Assembly: GCA_022614955.1 (NCBI GenBank)
Contig: JAKEHP010000254.1
Location: 1-42,075 of the forward strand
DNA: 42,075 nt
From: Candidatus Methylomirabilota bacterium
GTDB taxonomy: Bacteria > Methylomirabilota > Methylomirabilia > Methylomirabilales > JACPAU01
Direction of reading: 5' to 3'
Notes under the pieces: model-generated
Seen by the model: the letters and a program-made list of their open reading frames with translations, nothing else
Told to the model about the DNA's origin: nothing
Database searches by the model: none
Part shown: one piece after another, positions 18,471 through 28,051 of the stretch
Position numbering within the stretch: position 1 is the first letter of the stretch
Layout of the letters: every line of letters starts with the position of its first letter
Made by a program: the position numbers and the translations under genes

Positions 18471-19165
18471 GGACGGCGCGCCCGCTGCTGGACGGAGGTG
18501 AGGGCGGCGTTCAGCGCAAAGGCCAGGGCGAGCAGGATGATCCCGAGGGCGATGGCTGTCTCGAACTTCCCCATGCTGGTCTCGAGGACCGTCGCGGTCG
18601 TGAGGACGCGGGTGAGGCCCCGGATATTCCCGCCGACCATGAGGACCGCGCCCACCTCCGCGAGGAGCCGGCCGCCGGCCGCCATGACCGCGGCGAGCAG
18701 GGCGCCGCGCGCCTCGTACAGGAGGAGGGCGACCGCCTGCACCGGCGAGGCGCCGAGGGCGAGGAGTTGCAAACGGAGCCGGGGATTCAGGGCCTGCAGC
18801 GCCGCCATGGCGAGCCCGGTGACGATCGGCAGCGCGATGATCGTCTGGGCGAGGACCATTGCACTCGGCGTAAAGAGCATCTCCAGGAAGCCCAGGGGGC
18901 CGCTCCGCCAGAGGAGGATCGTGACCAGGAGGCCCACGACGACCGGCGGGAGCCCCATCCCGGCGTTGACGGCGCTCGCCAGCAGGTGCCGCCCCGGGAA
19001 GCGGCCGAAGGCGAGGAGGGCGGCCCCGGGCAGGCCCAGCAGGAGGGCAACGAGCAGGGCTGCCCCGGAGACCCGGAGCGTGAGGAGCGTGATCTCCCAG
19101 ACCCCCGGGTCGCCCGTCAGGACGAGCCGCAGGGCCTCCCGGATGCCTTCCCAGATCAGGTCCAT
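18467..19165 (-). CDS. tupB: Tungstate ABC transporter permease
   Basis: MGLPPVVVGL..SGPLG..LFTP.AMV.AQ, EVGAVLMVGGNIRGLTRVLTTA. Confidence 0.88.
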   Translation of the reverse strand: MDLIWEGIREALRLVLTGDPGVWEITLLTLRVSGAALLVALLLGLPGAALLAFGRFPGRHLLASAVNAGMGLPPVVVGLLVTILLWRSGPLGFLEMLFTPSAMVLAQTIIALPIVTGLAMAALQALNPRLRLQLLALGASPVQAVALLLYEARGALLAAVMAAGGRLLAEVGAVLMVGGNIRGLTRVLTTATVLETSMGKFETAIALGIILLALAFALNAALTSVQQRARRP

Positions 19166-19166
19166 G

Positions 19167-20018
19167 CTACCCGCCTCCGGGCGCGGCCGTGTTGGCGTCT
19201 GGGAAGAAGAGTGGTTGGCCGTAGCGCTCCACGCCGAAGGTCCGGATCACCTCCTGCGCCTCGGCCGAGACCAGGAAGTCCGCGAGGGCCTTCCCCCCCG
19301 CCGCGTTGACCTTCGGGTGCCGGGCCGGGTTCACCTCCATCACGTGGTACGGGTTGAGGAGCGGGGCGTCCCCCTCGAGGAGGATGGCGAGGCGGAGCCG
19401 CTGCTGGAAGGCCAGGTACGTCCCCCGGTCCGTCAGCGTGTAGGCCCCCTTCTCTGAAGCGATGATGAGCGTCACCCCCATCCCCTGCCCCGACTCCAGG
19501 TACCAGCGCCCCTTGGGCCCGACGGCGGCGGCCTTCCAGAGGGTCTGCTCCTTGTTGTGGGTGCCGGAGTTGTCGCCCCGCGAGACGAACCGGGCCTGGC
19601 GTCCGGCGATCCTCCGGAAGGCCTCGGCCGCTCCCGTCGCCCCCCGAATCCCCGCCGGGTCGGCGGGCGGACCCACCAGGATGAAGTCGTTGTGCATGAC
19701 GGGACGGCGATTCGTCAGGTTCCCCTCGGCGACGTAGCGGCGCTCGAGTTCCGGAGCATGGGCCAGGACCACGTCAGCTTCGCCCCGGGCGCCCAGTGCC
19801 AGGGACTGCCCGGTCCCGACGGCGATAGCCTTGACGGTGTAGCCCGTTTTCTTCTCGAAGAGCGGGACGAGGACGTCGAGGAGGCCGGAGTCCTGGGTGC
19901 TGGTCGTGGTCGCGAGGAGGACCGTTCGCTCCTGCGGGGCGGCGGCTCTGGGCCCTAACAGGAGAGCGAGGAGGAGTCCGACGACCATCGGTTGCCACCT
20001 GGAGGGTTTCCGTCGCAT
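19167..20018 (-). CDS. tupA: Tungstate-binding periplasmic protein
   Basis: Signal peptide; ATTTSTQDSGLL (TTTS), VGTGQ, FVSRGDNSGTH, YTLTDRGT motifs. Confidence 0.9.
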   Translation of the reverse strand: MRRKPSRWQPMVVGLLLALLLGPRAAAPQERTVLLATTTSTQDSGLLDVLVPLFEKKTGYTVKAIAVGTGQSLALGARGEADVVLAHAPELERRYVAEGNLTNRRPVMHNDFILVGPPADPAGIRGATGAAEAFRRIAGRQARFVSRGDNSGTHNKEQTLWKAAAVGPKGRWYLESGQGMGVTLIIASEKGAYTLTDRGTYLAFQQRLRLAILLEGDAPLLNPYHVMEVNPARHPKVNAAGGKALADFLVSAEAQEVIRTFGVERYGQPLFFPDANTAAPGGG

Positions 20019-21170
20019 CTAGTTCACCTCCCGCACCCGGCCGGTCTCGCGGGTGTCGTAGCCCCCCAGGTGCCGGACCTGCTGCCGGAAAGCCCGGTCC
20101 CGCAGGGCGGCGCGGAGGATGGTCAGCGGGGGGCGGCTTACGCGCGCCAGGGGGCAGACGAGATCGTAACGCTCGCGGAACAGGGGGACAAAGCCGAGAC
20201 CGAAGGCCTCGGCAGCCGCCCGGAGGCCCAGGCCGGCGTCAGCTTCCCCCCGGGCCACGGCCGCGGCGACCTCGAGGTGCGTGGTGGCCTCCCGGGGGAC
20301 GGGGCGCAGCCGCGCCATCGGGATCCCGTCTTGCCGCAGCCCCCACTCCAGCAACAGGTGGGTCCCGGAGCCGGCCGTCCGCCGGATCAGCCGCACCCCG
20401 GACCGGGCGAGGTCGGCCAGGCGCCGCAGGCCCCGCGGGTTGCCCGGCGCCACGAGCAGCCCTTGCTCTCGATGGGCCACCGTGACGAGGGCCATCCGCT
20501 CTCCCGGGAAGAGGCGGGCCACGATGGGCCCGTTGTACTCCCCCGTCGCCGGGTCGAGTAGGTGAACGCCCGCGATGTCCGCCTCCCCCTGCCTGAGCGC
20601 GAGGAGGCCGGGGAGGCTCCCCACGGCGCGGATGTCCAGGGAAAGGCGGAGGCCTGTCTGGCGCAGGGCGGCGGGGAGTAGATCGAGGGTCAGGTCGTGG
20701 CTCCCGACGAGGCGCAATGTGGCAGGCTCCCTGCGCCGGGCGGCAGCCGGGGGTGCCACGGCGTCGGGCGCTCCGGCCGTCCGCCACCGGCCGAGCTGCA
20801 GGGAAAGCGCTGCCTCGATCTCTGCCGGCTCTGCCCCCAGGCTCAACGCTTCTAGGGCCGCCCGGCCGAGGAGACCCCGGACCTGCCCCGCCCGCCGCGC
20901 GAGGAGCCGTGGGTCCCCCGGCGGCATCGCCACAATCGTCCCGGCGCGCCGCCGTGTAGCCAGAAGCCCCTCCCGTCCCAGGGCAGCGTAGGCCCGGCCC
21001 ACCGTGTTGGGGGTGACGCCGAGCGTCCCGGCCAGGCGGCGAACGGGGGGGAGCCGGTCGCCGGCCTTCAGGCCCCCGGCGGCGACCGCCGCCCGGACCT
21101 GGTCCATCACCTGGGTGTAGAGGGTGCGGTCCGGCTTCAGGCGTAGGCGTAGCGGCATGGGGAGCACCAT
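20019..21170 (-). CDS. GntR(YtrA-like) HTH fused to PBP-superfamily oxyanion-binding domain; putative regulator of tupABC
   Basis: LYTQV..GDRLPPVRRLA..LGVTPNTVGRAY HTH; VGSHDLTLDLL, VGSLPGLLAL..GEADIAGVHL, REQGL, GSGT, ERYDL PBP_like; start 21170 or 21158. Confidence 0.88.
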   Translation of the reverse strand: MVLPMPLRLRLKPDRTLYTQVMDQVRAAVAAGGLKAGDRLPPVRRLAGTLGVTPNTVGRAYAALGREGLLATRRRAGTIVAMPPGDPRLLARRAGQVRGLLGRAALEALSLGAEPAEIEAALSLQLGRWRTAGAPDAVAPPAAARRREPATLRLVGSHDLTLDLLPAALRQTGLRLSLDIRAVGSLPGLLALRQGEADIAGVHLLDPATGEYNGPIVARLFPGERMALVTVAHREQGLLVAPGNPRGLRRLADLARSGVRLIRRTAGSGTHLLLEWGLRQDGIPMARLRPVPREATTHLEVAAAVARGEADAGLGLRAAAEAFGLGFVPLFRERYDLVCPLARVSRPPLTILRAALRDRAFRQQVRHLGGYDTRETGRVREVN

Positions 21171-21194
21171 TTGTATCAAGATAATTAGTACAAA
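21170..21194. promoter_or_regulatory. Palindromic GntR/YtrA-type operator
   Basis: TTTGTA-tcaagataattag-TACAAA AT-rich inverted repeat between the -10 and the start codon. Confidence 0.65.
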
Positions 21195-21221
21195 CTACTT
21201 CGGCGACGGGTACCCTGTCAA
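21192..21221 (-). promoter_or_regulatory. Sigma70 promoter for the regulator-tupABC operon
   Basis: TTGACA-18 bp-TAGTTT on the minus strand. Confidence 0.6.
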
Positions 21222-21315
21222 GGGGGGTGCTGCGGGGCCGGGGCACGGGCGGAGGGGGTGGGTTGTGCGGGAGGAAGGGCCCGGCGCCGGGGAGGGGCTC
21301 GACCTCTCCCGGGCC

Positions 21316-22497
21316 TTAGCGGGAGGGCCGCAGGCGCCGGAGGCGACGGGCCGCCTCAGCGAGCGTCTCCAGGCGCTTGCAGAAAGAGAACCGGACGTAG
21401 TGGCGGCCCATGGCGGGGTCGTGGAAGAAGCTGCTGCCGGGGACAACGGCCACCCCCACGGCGCGGGTCAGGTGCTCGGCGAACTGGACATCGTGGGCGG
21501 CGCCGAAGGGCGTGAAGTCGGCCATCACGTAGTAGGCCCCGTCCGGGTCGCGGAACCGGAAGCCCACCTCCCGGAGCGCCCCGCAGAGGAAGTCTCGCCG
21601 CTCCTGGTACTCGGCCTGCAGGCGCTGGTAGTAGGCGGGCGGGAAGCGCAGAGCCGCGGCCCCCGCCTCCTGCAGCGGGGCGGGGGCTCCCACCGTGAGG
21701 AAGTCGTGGACCTTCCGGATGGCGGCGGTGATGGCCGGCGGGGCCAGCACGTAGCCGATCCGCCATCCGGTCACGGCGTAGGTCTTGGAGAGGCCGTTCA
21801 CCACGATGGTGCGCTCCCGCATCCCCGGAAGCGTCGCCGGGCAGAGGTGCCGGAGGGGGTGCCCGGCGCTGGGGTAGTAGATGTGCTCGTAGATCTCGTC
21901 CGTCACCAGGAGAGTGTCGTGCTCCTGGCAGAGGGCCGTGATGGCCTGGAGCTCCTCGAGGCTGAAGACCTTGCCGGTGGGATTGTTGGGCGTGTTGAGG
22001 ACCACCGCCTTCGTCCGGGCGGTGAAGGCCCGCGCGAGGTCGGCCGGGTCGAAGGTCCAGTCGGGAGGGCGCAGGGCAACGTAGCGCGGGGTGGCCCCGG
22101 AGAGGATGGCGTCGGGCCCGTAGTTCTCGTAGAAGGGCTCGAAGACGATGACCTCGTCCCCCGGGTCAATCACCCCCATCAGGGCGGCGATCATCCCCTC
22201 GGTGCTGCCGCAGGTGACTGTGATCTCCCGCTCCGGGTCGAGTTCGAGACCCAATGACCACTTCACCTTGGCTGCCAGGGCGTCCCGGAAGGTTTTGGCG
22301 CCCCAGGTGATGGCGTACTGGTTCACGTCGGCGCGGATGGCGGCGACGGCCGCCTCCTTCACCTCGGTTGGCGCCGGGAAGTCCGGGAAGCCCTGGGCCA
22401 GGTTGATGGCGTCGTGCTGCTCCGCCAGCCGGGTCATCTCCCGGATGACCGATTCGGTGAAGATCCGCGTCTTGGCGGCAACGTGGGATCTGGCCAT
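21316..22497 (-). CDS. PLP-dependent aminotransferase class I/II
   Basis: INLAQGFPDF, NTPNNPTGKV, TDEIYEHI, GLSKTYAVTGWRIG. Confidence 0.93.
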   Translation of the reverse strand: MARSHVAAKTRIFTESVIREMTRLAEQHDAINLAQGFPDFPAPTEVKEAAVAAIRADVNQYAITWGAKTFRDALAAKVKWSLGLELDPEREITVTCGSTEGMIAALMGVIDPGDEVIVFEPFYENYGPDAILSGATPRYVALRPPDWTFDPADLARAFTARTKAVVLNTPNNPTGKVFSLEELQAITALCQEHDTLLVTDEIYEHIYYPSAGHPLRHLCPATLPGMRERTIVVNGLSKTYAVTGWRIGYVLAPPAITAAIRKVHDFLTVGAPAPLQEAGAAALRFPPAYYQRLQAEYQERRDFLCGALREVGFRFRDPDGAYYVMADFTPFGAAHDVQFAEHLTRAVGVAVVPGSSFFHDPAMGRHYVRFSFCKRLETLAEAARRLRRLRPSR

Positions 22498-22552
22498 CGG
22501 TTCTCTCGGAGCGGCGAAAGCCCTCTCCCCCTATCAGAAAGGGAGAGGGGTG

Positions 22553-23758
22553 TCAACCCGCGGGAGGACGGGCGGCTGCGGGTCGGCGGCGGCGCCGGCG
22601 GCGCCGGCGACGTCCGGGTGGGCCCGCGGGCGGGGCCAGGGCGTTGAGGAGGTCAGGCCCCAGCAGATCCGCCTGCCAGTGGTAGAGAACGTCCAGGGCC
22701 CGCAGTCCATCCAGTGTGGAGGGGCAGGTGGTGGCGATGGCCACCAGGGCCGACTTCGGGGCTACCAGCGCGGGGTCGAGCAGGAGGCGCCTGGCGGCGG
22801 CATCCCGGGCCTCGCGTAACCGCGCGACCCTCGGGCCCAGGGCCGGGTCCTGGGGTTGGCGCTCCGGTTCGGGGAGGACCGGCCAAGCCTCGGGGGGGAG
22901 GGCCAGCCCTCGGGCGATGGCTGCCTCCAGCCCTTCCCGGAGGGCGCCCGTGACGTTGCGGGGGAGCTTCACCCCTGGCGGGATGCCCACGGCCCCCACT
23001 TCGGCTGCCTTTGCCGCCAGGTTGACCAGGTACTCGTTGCCGATGATCCGGAACGGCGCGACATCCCGGTCCCGCGCCAACGCCTCGCGCCATCCCCAGA
23101 GCTCCCGGAGGACGGCCAGGGCGGGCGGGGGGAGGGCGTGGCTCCCCCGGAGCCGCCACGTTCGCTCGGGGTCCGGCTCGCGCGGGCTGAAGCGGACGGC
23201 GGCGAGGCGCTGGCAGGTCTCCCGATGCCAGGCAAGGCGTCCCGTGGCGGCCAGCTCCGTCTCGAGGCGCCCGGCCAGCGGGAGGAGATACCGGATGTCG
23301 CCCAGCGCATAGGCGGCGAGGTCTGGGGGCAGCGGGCGTCGCGACCAGTCCGCCCGCTGGACTCCCTTGTCCATCGCGACGCCGAAGTACCGCTGAATGA
23401 GGGCGGCCAGGCCGAGTTCCTTTTGGCCGAGCAGTTGCGCGGCCAGCATGGTGTCGAAGAGTTCGCCCGGGACGAAGCCGAAGTGCCGGTGGAGGAGCCT
23501 GAGGTCGTAATCGCCCCCGTGAACGATGAGGCGCTTCGACTCCAGGAGCTTTACCAGAGGCCGCAGATCCAGACCGGCGAGCGGGTCCACCAGGGCCTCG
23601 CGGTCGGGTGTGGCCACCTGGATGAGACAAAGCTTCTCGTAGTAGTGGTGGAAGGAGTCGGCCTCGGTGTCGAGGGCGACGATGGGGGCGGGCCGGACAT
23701 CATCGAGCACTCCGACGAGGCCATCGGACGTATTGATGATGGGGGGATGTGGAGCCAT
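22553..23758 (-). CDS. rnd: Ribonuclease D-like 3'-5' exonuclease with HRDC domain
   Basis: ALDTEADS, LCLIQ, HGGDYD, FDTMLAA, ADWSRRPL..YALGD; HRDC WREALARDRD. Confidence 0.88.
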   Translation of the reverse strand: MAPHPPIINTSDGLVGVLDDVRPAPIVALDTEADSFHHYYEKLCLIQVATPDREALVDPLAGLDLRPLVKLLESKRLIVHGGDYDLRLLHRHFGFVPGELFDTMLAAQLLGQKELGLAALIQRYFGVAMDKGVQRADWSRRPLPPDLAAYALGDIRYLLPLAGRLETELAATGRLAWHRETCQRLAAVRFSPREPDPERTWRLRGSHALPPPALAVLRELWGWREALARDRDVAPFRIIGNEYLVNLAAKAAEVGAVGIPPGVKLPRNVTGALREGLEAAIARGLALPPEAWPVLPEPERQPQDPALGPRVARLREARDAAARRLLLDPALVAPKSALVAIATTCPSTLDGLRALDVLYHWQADLLGPDLLNALAPPAGPPGRRRRRRRRRRPAAARPPAG

Positions 23759-24025
23759 CGCGCCTCATGAGACATGAGAATAGACAGCAAGGGGCCTCCG
23801 CGCGGCAGCGGGTAGCCCCCTCCGCTTCGGCTACTCTATTCTACCGCCCATGGCTATTGTGGACCAGGGCTTCGATGGCCCCCTGGTCGGTCGGGGCCCG
23901 TTCTCAGTGAGGACGTGCGCTGGAAGGTGTGGCTGCGGAAGTGGGCCTACCCCCGGAGCGGCAGCCCCCGGTCCCCGCGGCCCCCCAGGCTGTGGGTGAC
24001 GCTGCCGGCTTGGAGGGTGGCTCCC

Positions 24026-25105
24026 CTACCGGCAGGCCTTGCCGACGACCCGGATGGCGTCGCTCCCGCTCATCCGATCGCCCGAGAAGGTGACGCCGCT
24101 GAGGGTGGCCTGGGTGTCGGCACACGTGAGGCCGGTGGCGGGGATCGAGAACTGGAGGAGGAGGTCGGGCCGGCCATCGTCGTTAGTATCTTCCAGGTGA
24201 TGCTTCGGCTTGCCCCTTGTCCCCGTGTGCTTCCGCCGGCCTTCCCGATCCTCCTCCTCATCGTCTTCGTCATCGTCTCCAGCGAGGGGCGGGGCCTGCC
24301 CTGGGCCGAAGCGCACGGTCGGGGTGTTCACCGTGGTGGCAGCGAAGGTCGGCGTGGACAGAATGGCCACGCGCACATGCCCCCCGGAGTCGAGGTTGAT
24401 GGTGTTGCGCCGATCATCCGGCTTGATGTCGAGGGGGACGGTGAGCTTTCTGAACTTCACGGTGACCGGGACGGTGGTGGATTTGTCCTTGTAGGTCACG
24501 GTGATCGTGGTCGTCCCGGGCTCCACGGCCTCGACCAGGCCCTCAGGAGTGACAGTGGCCACTTGGGGATTGCTCGAGACATATGTGATCTCCCGGGATT
24601 TCGAGATATCACGCGTCGTCCCGTCGGTGAAAGTACCCTCCACCTTGAGCCGCTGCTCGGTCACTCCTGCAATCAGAGCAACGCTGGCTGGCCGGCCAAC
24701 AGTCCTTGACCTCACCCGGATCATTTGAACCGGCGCCACGGTCTCCACATGAATCGTAATCGTTGATTTGACGGAGTCATCCTTGCCGAGGCCGATAAAG
24801 GCGGTGAGTGGCTGGGGCCCTAGGGGAGCGTCGGGAGGGATCTCGAGGGTGAAGACGAAGGGGGGAGCGGTCTTGAAGTCGCTGGCAAGCGGAGAGAGGA
24901 CGGCGACGCCCCGGAACCGGTCAGTCGGCGAGGCCTCGACCGTCACGGTCAGGGTCTCCCCGGGCTCCACGGCGGTCCCGTCGGCAGGGGAGAGTATGCG
25001 AAGAGTAATTGGGGATCCCGCCGCGGCCGAGACAATCGGGAAAGTCGAGAGGCTGAGGAGAAGAGCGGACACACCTCTCAGCCAATGGCGGGCCCTGGAC
25101 TTCAT
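24026..25105 (-). CDS. Secreted Ig-like (Big_2) domain protein with C-terminal DIKP..INL..VAIL / DxNxDGxxDL domain
   Basis: Signal peptide, SD GGAGGA; TYVSSNPQVATVTPEGLVEAV..GTTTITV Big_2; EDTNDDGRPDLLLQF Ca-binding-like motif. Confidence 0.8.
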   Translation of the reverse strand: MKSRARHWLRGVSALLLSLSTFPIVSAAAGSPITLRILSPADGTAVEPGETLTVTVEASPTDRFRGVAVLSPLASDFKTAPPFVFTLEIPPDAPLGPQPLTAFIGLGKDDSVKSTITIHVETVAPVQMIRVRSRTVGRPASVALIAGVTEQRLKVEGTFTDGTTRDISKSREITYVSSNPQVATVTPEGLVEAVEPGTTTITVTYKDKSTTVPVTVKFRKLTVPLDIKPDDRRNTINLDSGGHVRVAILSTPTFAATTVNTPTVRFGPGQAPPLAGDDDEDDEEEDREGRRKHTGTRGKPKHHLEDTNDDGRPDLLLQFSIPATGLTCADTQATLSGVTFSGDRMSGSDAIRVVGKACR

Positions 25106-25168
25106 TCCCTTTCCTCCTCCCGAAGAGGTATCAGGCGGAGAACGATCTGCCCGCTAACTCTCGGTTGG

Positions 25169-27763
25169 CTACCGCAGCCCTGGGGGTCGCACAAAGAAGT
25201 CAAAGAGTTCTGACTCCAGCACGCCATTTAGCAGGAGGATGACTCGCTGGGCAATGGCTCCGGATTCCAGTTCGGCCTGGCCGATGAAAAGTTTCGGGAT
25301 CCGCGTGTGGATGACCGCATCGCTAAGGGGGAAAGGGCCAAACGTGCTTACGCTCAGGGCGCCGGGGGAAAAACTCCCCCGCTGGCTCGCCGCCTCGACC
25401 ACGAGATCGTGATCCAGCGTCCGGAAGATCTGATCCAGACCCCCCGGGGGAATCGCCCCCGCACACCCGATGCTGAGCGTCTGGAATTTCGGGCTGGTTT
25501 GGCTCGCTGCCTTCTGCTGCGGGCTCGCAATGCCCACAATCGTGTGCATCCTGATGGGGGAGAGATTCCGGTTCACGAGCTCGAGGTTTGGGCTCCGCGG
25601 AACCATATCGGCAACGGCGCCTTGATCCGTTCGCAACCCCGCAGCGTTGAGCGCATCGCTCAGGCAGGCGCTTCGGCGCACCCGGCGTGCAAGAGCAGAG
25701 CCAAAATGGGGCGTGCCGATGGTGACGAGCTTATGGGTGTCGCCCAGGCCGAAGTTATCATCGCGGAAGAACGCACTGCCAAGCAGGGGCAGCCCCCGAA
25801 CCAGCAGGCCCCCCATGCTGTGGGCGACTACATCGGCTTGGATGGCAGCAACCTGTTCTGTTGTCTTAAACTCTTGGATAAAGCTCTTAATTTGGTTTCC
25901 CACGACCGGCGTGTTGAAGCTCAGCCCTGCGGCATTGAAATCCTCGTAGTCTGCGAAATTTAATGAGAACGGAGCATTGGTTATTAGGGGTACGAAGTTG
26001 CTCCAACTTTTCTCCGAGCCCCACAGGCCATGCACGAGGACTACGGGAGGCCGGGCGATCGTGATCGGGATCGTGGCCTCCTGGGCCGCCTCGCCCGTCT
26101 GGGGGGTGAAGCGGCCGCGGAGGGAGACCTGCCGATCCCTCTCGTTGGCATCCCCGGATCCCGCCCGCGCAAAGCGGCTCGGAGCATGGTAGATGGCGAA
26201 GGCCATCGGGCCCCTGTCGGGGACCTGCACGGTGGGCACGAAGAGGCTATTGGACCCCACTGTGTCTCCTACCTGGGTCAGGAAGCCGGCCTCCTCCGCA
26301 GGAGCAAGCGGCGTGCCAGCGGCATCCACCAGGGCAAGTTCCACCGTGCCCGGCCCCGGGGGGATCACCCGGACCACCACCCGGGCCACCCCGTCGGCGG
26401 CCACCCCTCTGACCGTCTCGACTCGTTGCGCCAGCGCGGCCTTGGCTTCCTCCGCCGTCTGGGTGAGTTCTGCCAGCAGGTCCGGCACCGGATCGACGAT
26501 CTCCATCTCCAGACCACCTGGAGAGGCAAGGAAGATCCCGCGCTGGCCCGTGGATAATTGCGATTGGAATGCGATCTCGCGCTTATTATTGAGCCGACCA
26601 AAAACGAACTGAAAAGTCCCGCCCCTCGGCGCTGTATCGCCCCTCCGCACAACTTTGGATAACGCGCCTTCCGTGCTCAGGAGAAAGATTCCATTGCTTG
26701 ACCCAAAGGCGATATCTCCCTTGTCATTGATGTCAACCTGGATCGTAACAAAATTCCCAAAACCAAGAGCGCTCCAAAACGTCCCCCCTCCCGGGGCAGC
26801 ATCATCCTGATGCACGAGGCTCGTAAGGGTGCCATCGGGAGCTCGGCGGAAAATGGCCCAGGTGAAATCGCTCAGTTCAGCCACAAAGACAACTTGCCCT
26901 ACGTTATTCATATCCGCCGCTGCACCCCCAAATTGCCGGAATGTGGTGCCCTCTCGGGCTGGCCCCCCGGAGAGCGCAACGGGAATTCTTGAACTCCCAG
27001 TCTGGATGAATATGCCGCTGGGTGCGGGGGGTTGGGGCGCGGAGGTGATTCCAGTGCTGAACCAAACCAGGACATCTCCGAGATCACTGATAGCGGGGAT
27101 GGTGGCCGAATCGATTGTCCCTCCTCCGGGTGCGGAGGCGCCTCGCAGGGCAAGGAGGGTCGGGGTTCCACCCCGAATGAGGAAGTGCTCAATGCCCCTG
27201 TCAAGCGTGAAGAGCTGTAAGGCTATCGTGCCGGTGTTATTCATCGAAGTTACAACCACGTCGATGGTGCGTACGAAGCCCCCCGGACCAAAAATATCGG
27301 GGCACACCCCGAGACGGGTCAAGGTCCCACCCGAATAAAGGGCGGGGAGACCATGAAGAAGAGAAGGATGCGCTTCGGGAAAAACAATATCGCCGGAGTC
27401 GTTCATGAATGGAGGTCCTGGGGACGATGAGCTAATGCCTAGCAGTTCAAACGTAACGTCGCAGGACACACGAATCGGATCGCCTGGCTTGATAAGTCTT
27501 GTAATCCTTCCCTCCGCAACCAGATAAAGACCAAAACCGCCAAAGGGAATGAAGGGGTTCGTCCTGCCCGAGAAAGCGATCGCGCCGAGATTATTCGCCG
27601 CGAAAGTGAGAAGGTCGACGAATTCCCCTCCCTCTGGAGCGGTATCTCCAGTCAGGACGACAGGCTTGATCGTAAATTCGGCAGTCTCAGCGTGGTGCGA
27701 GGTGAGGAGGGGCAGGAGGAAGACGCTGAACATCAACAGATGAGGAGGGCGTTTCCGGGGCAT
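25169..27763 (-). CDS. Secreted alpha/beta hydrolase (PGAP1/lipase-like) with N-terminal NxxGxxAF tandem-repeat domain
   Basis: Repeats NNLGAIAF, MNDSGDIVF, MNNVGQVVF, INDKGDIAF, LNNKREIAF; VLVHGLWGS, VVAHSMGG nucleophile elbow, IGTPHFGS; SD GGAGGG before ATG 27763. Confidence 0.85.
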   Translation of the reverse strand: MPRKRPPHLLMFSVFLLPLLTSHHAETAEFTIKPVVLTGDTAPEGGEFVDLLTFAANNLGAIAFSGRTNPFIPFGGFGLYLVAEGRITRLIKPGDPIRVSCDVTFELLGISSSSPGPPFMNDSGDIVFPEAHPSLLHGLPALYSGGTLTRLGVCPDIFGPGGFVRTIDVVVTSMNNTGTIALQLFTLDRGIEHFLIRGGTPTLLALRGASAPGGGTIDSATIPAISDLGDVLVWFSTGITSAPQPPAPSGIFIQTGSSRIPVALSGGPAREGTTFRQFGGAAADMNNVGQVVFVAELSDFTWAIFRRAPDGTLTSLVHQDDAAPGGGTFWSALGFGNFVTIQVDINDKGDIAFGSSNGIFLLSTEGALSKVVRRGDTAPRGGTFQFVFGRLNNKREIAFQSQLSTGQRGIFLASPGGLEMEIVDPVPDLLAELTQTAEEAKAALAQRVETVRGVAADGVARVVVRVIPPGPGTVELALVDAAGTPLAPAEEAGFLTQVGDTVGSNSLFVPTVQVPDRGPMAFAIYHAPSRFARAGSGDANERDRQVSLRGRFTPQTGEAAQEATIPITIARPPVVLVHGLWGSEKSWSNFVPLITNAPFSLNFADYEDFNAAGLSFNTPVVGNQIKSFIQEFKTTEQVAAIQADVVAHSMGGLLVRGLPLLGSAFFRDDNFGLGDTHKLVTIGTPHFGSALARRVRRSACLSDALNAAGLRTDQGAVADMVPRSPNLELVNRNLSPIRMHTIVGIASPQQKAASQTSPKFQTLSIGCAGAIPPGGLDQIFRTLDHDLVVEAASQRGSFSPGALSVSTFGPFPLSDAVIHTRIPKLFIGQAELESGAIAQRVILLLNGVLESELFDFFVRPPGLR

Positions 27764-27854
27764 GCGATCCCCTCCTGATGGCGCGAAGAGACGAGGTCGA
27801 GGAGGAAAACAATCCCAATCTGGCAAGGATCTTAAAATCATGGAAGGCCTACGA

Positions 27855-27883
27855 ACTCTAATGGAAAGCGTGTTTGACCGCAA
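27855..27883 (-). promoter_or_regulatory. Putative sigma70 promoter of the hydrolase cassette
   Basis: TTGCGG-17 bp-TAGAGT on the minus strand; short palindrome GAGAT-N4-ATCTC just upstream. Confidence 0.35.
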
Positions 27884-28051
27884 GCGAGATGTCTATCTCA
27901 CTAATGGTTGAGATCGGGCTGCGAGCGTTCGGGAAGACGCGCCGCCAAGCGGTAGAGGTAGCGCTCCTGGCTCGGTGGCCTCTTCCCCCAGCGCAGCGGA
28001 GTCTTCGCCCCTTGGTGGGGTTCCAGGAGGGCGGCCGCGCATGGGCAGGGG

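Noticed and set aside
17058-19457. Long opposite-strand ORFs (e.g. 17058-19457, 31230-33848, 6834-8729, 15182-16924, 1742-3337)
   Set aside because: Antisense shadows of real genes in high-GC DNA, with no recognisable motifs.
23850-24035. 49-codon ORF ending ...GCG-TGA, followed by a hairpin (CTGCCGG..GGAG-GGTGG-CTCC..CCGGCAG) with SECIS-like spacing
   Set aside because: No SD and non-typical codon usage; read-through would run antisense into the Ig-domain gene; the hairpin is better explained as a terminator at that gene's stop.
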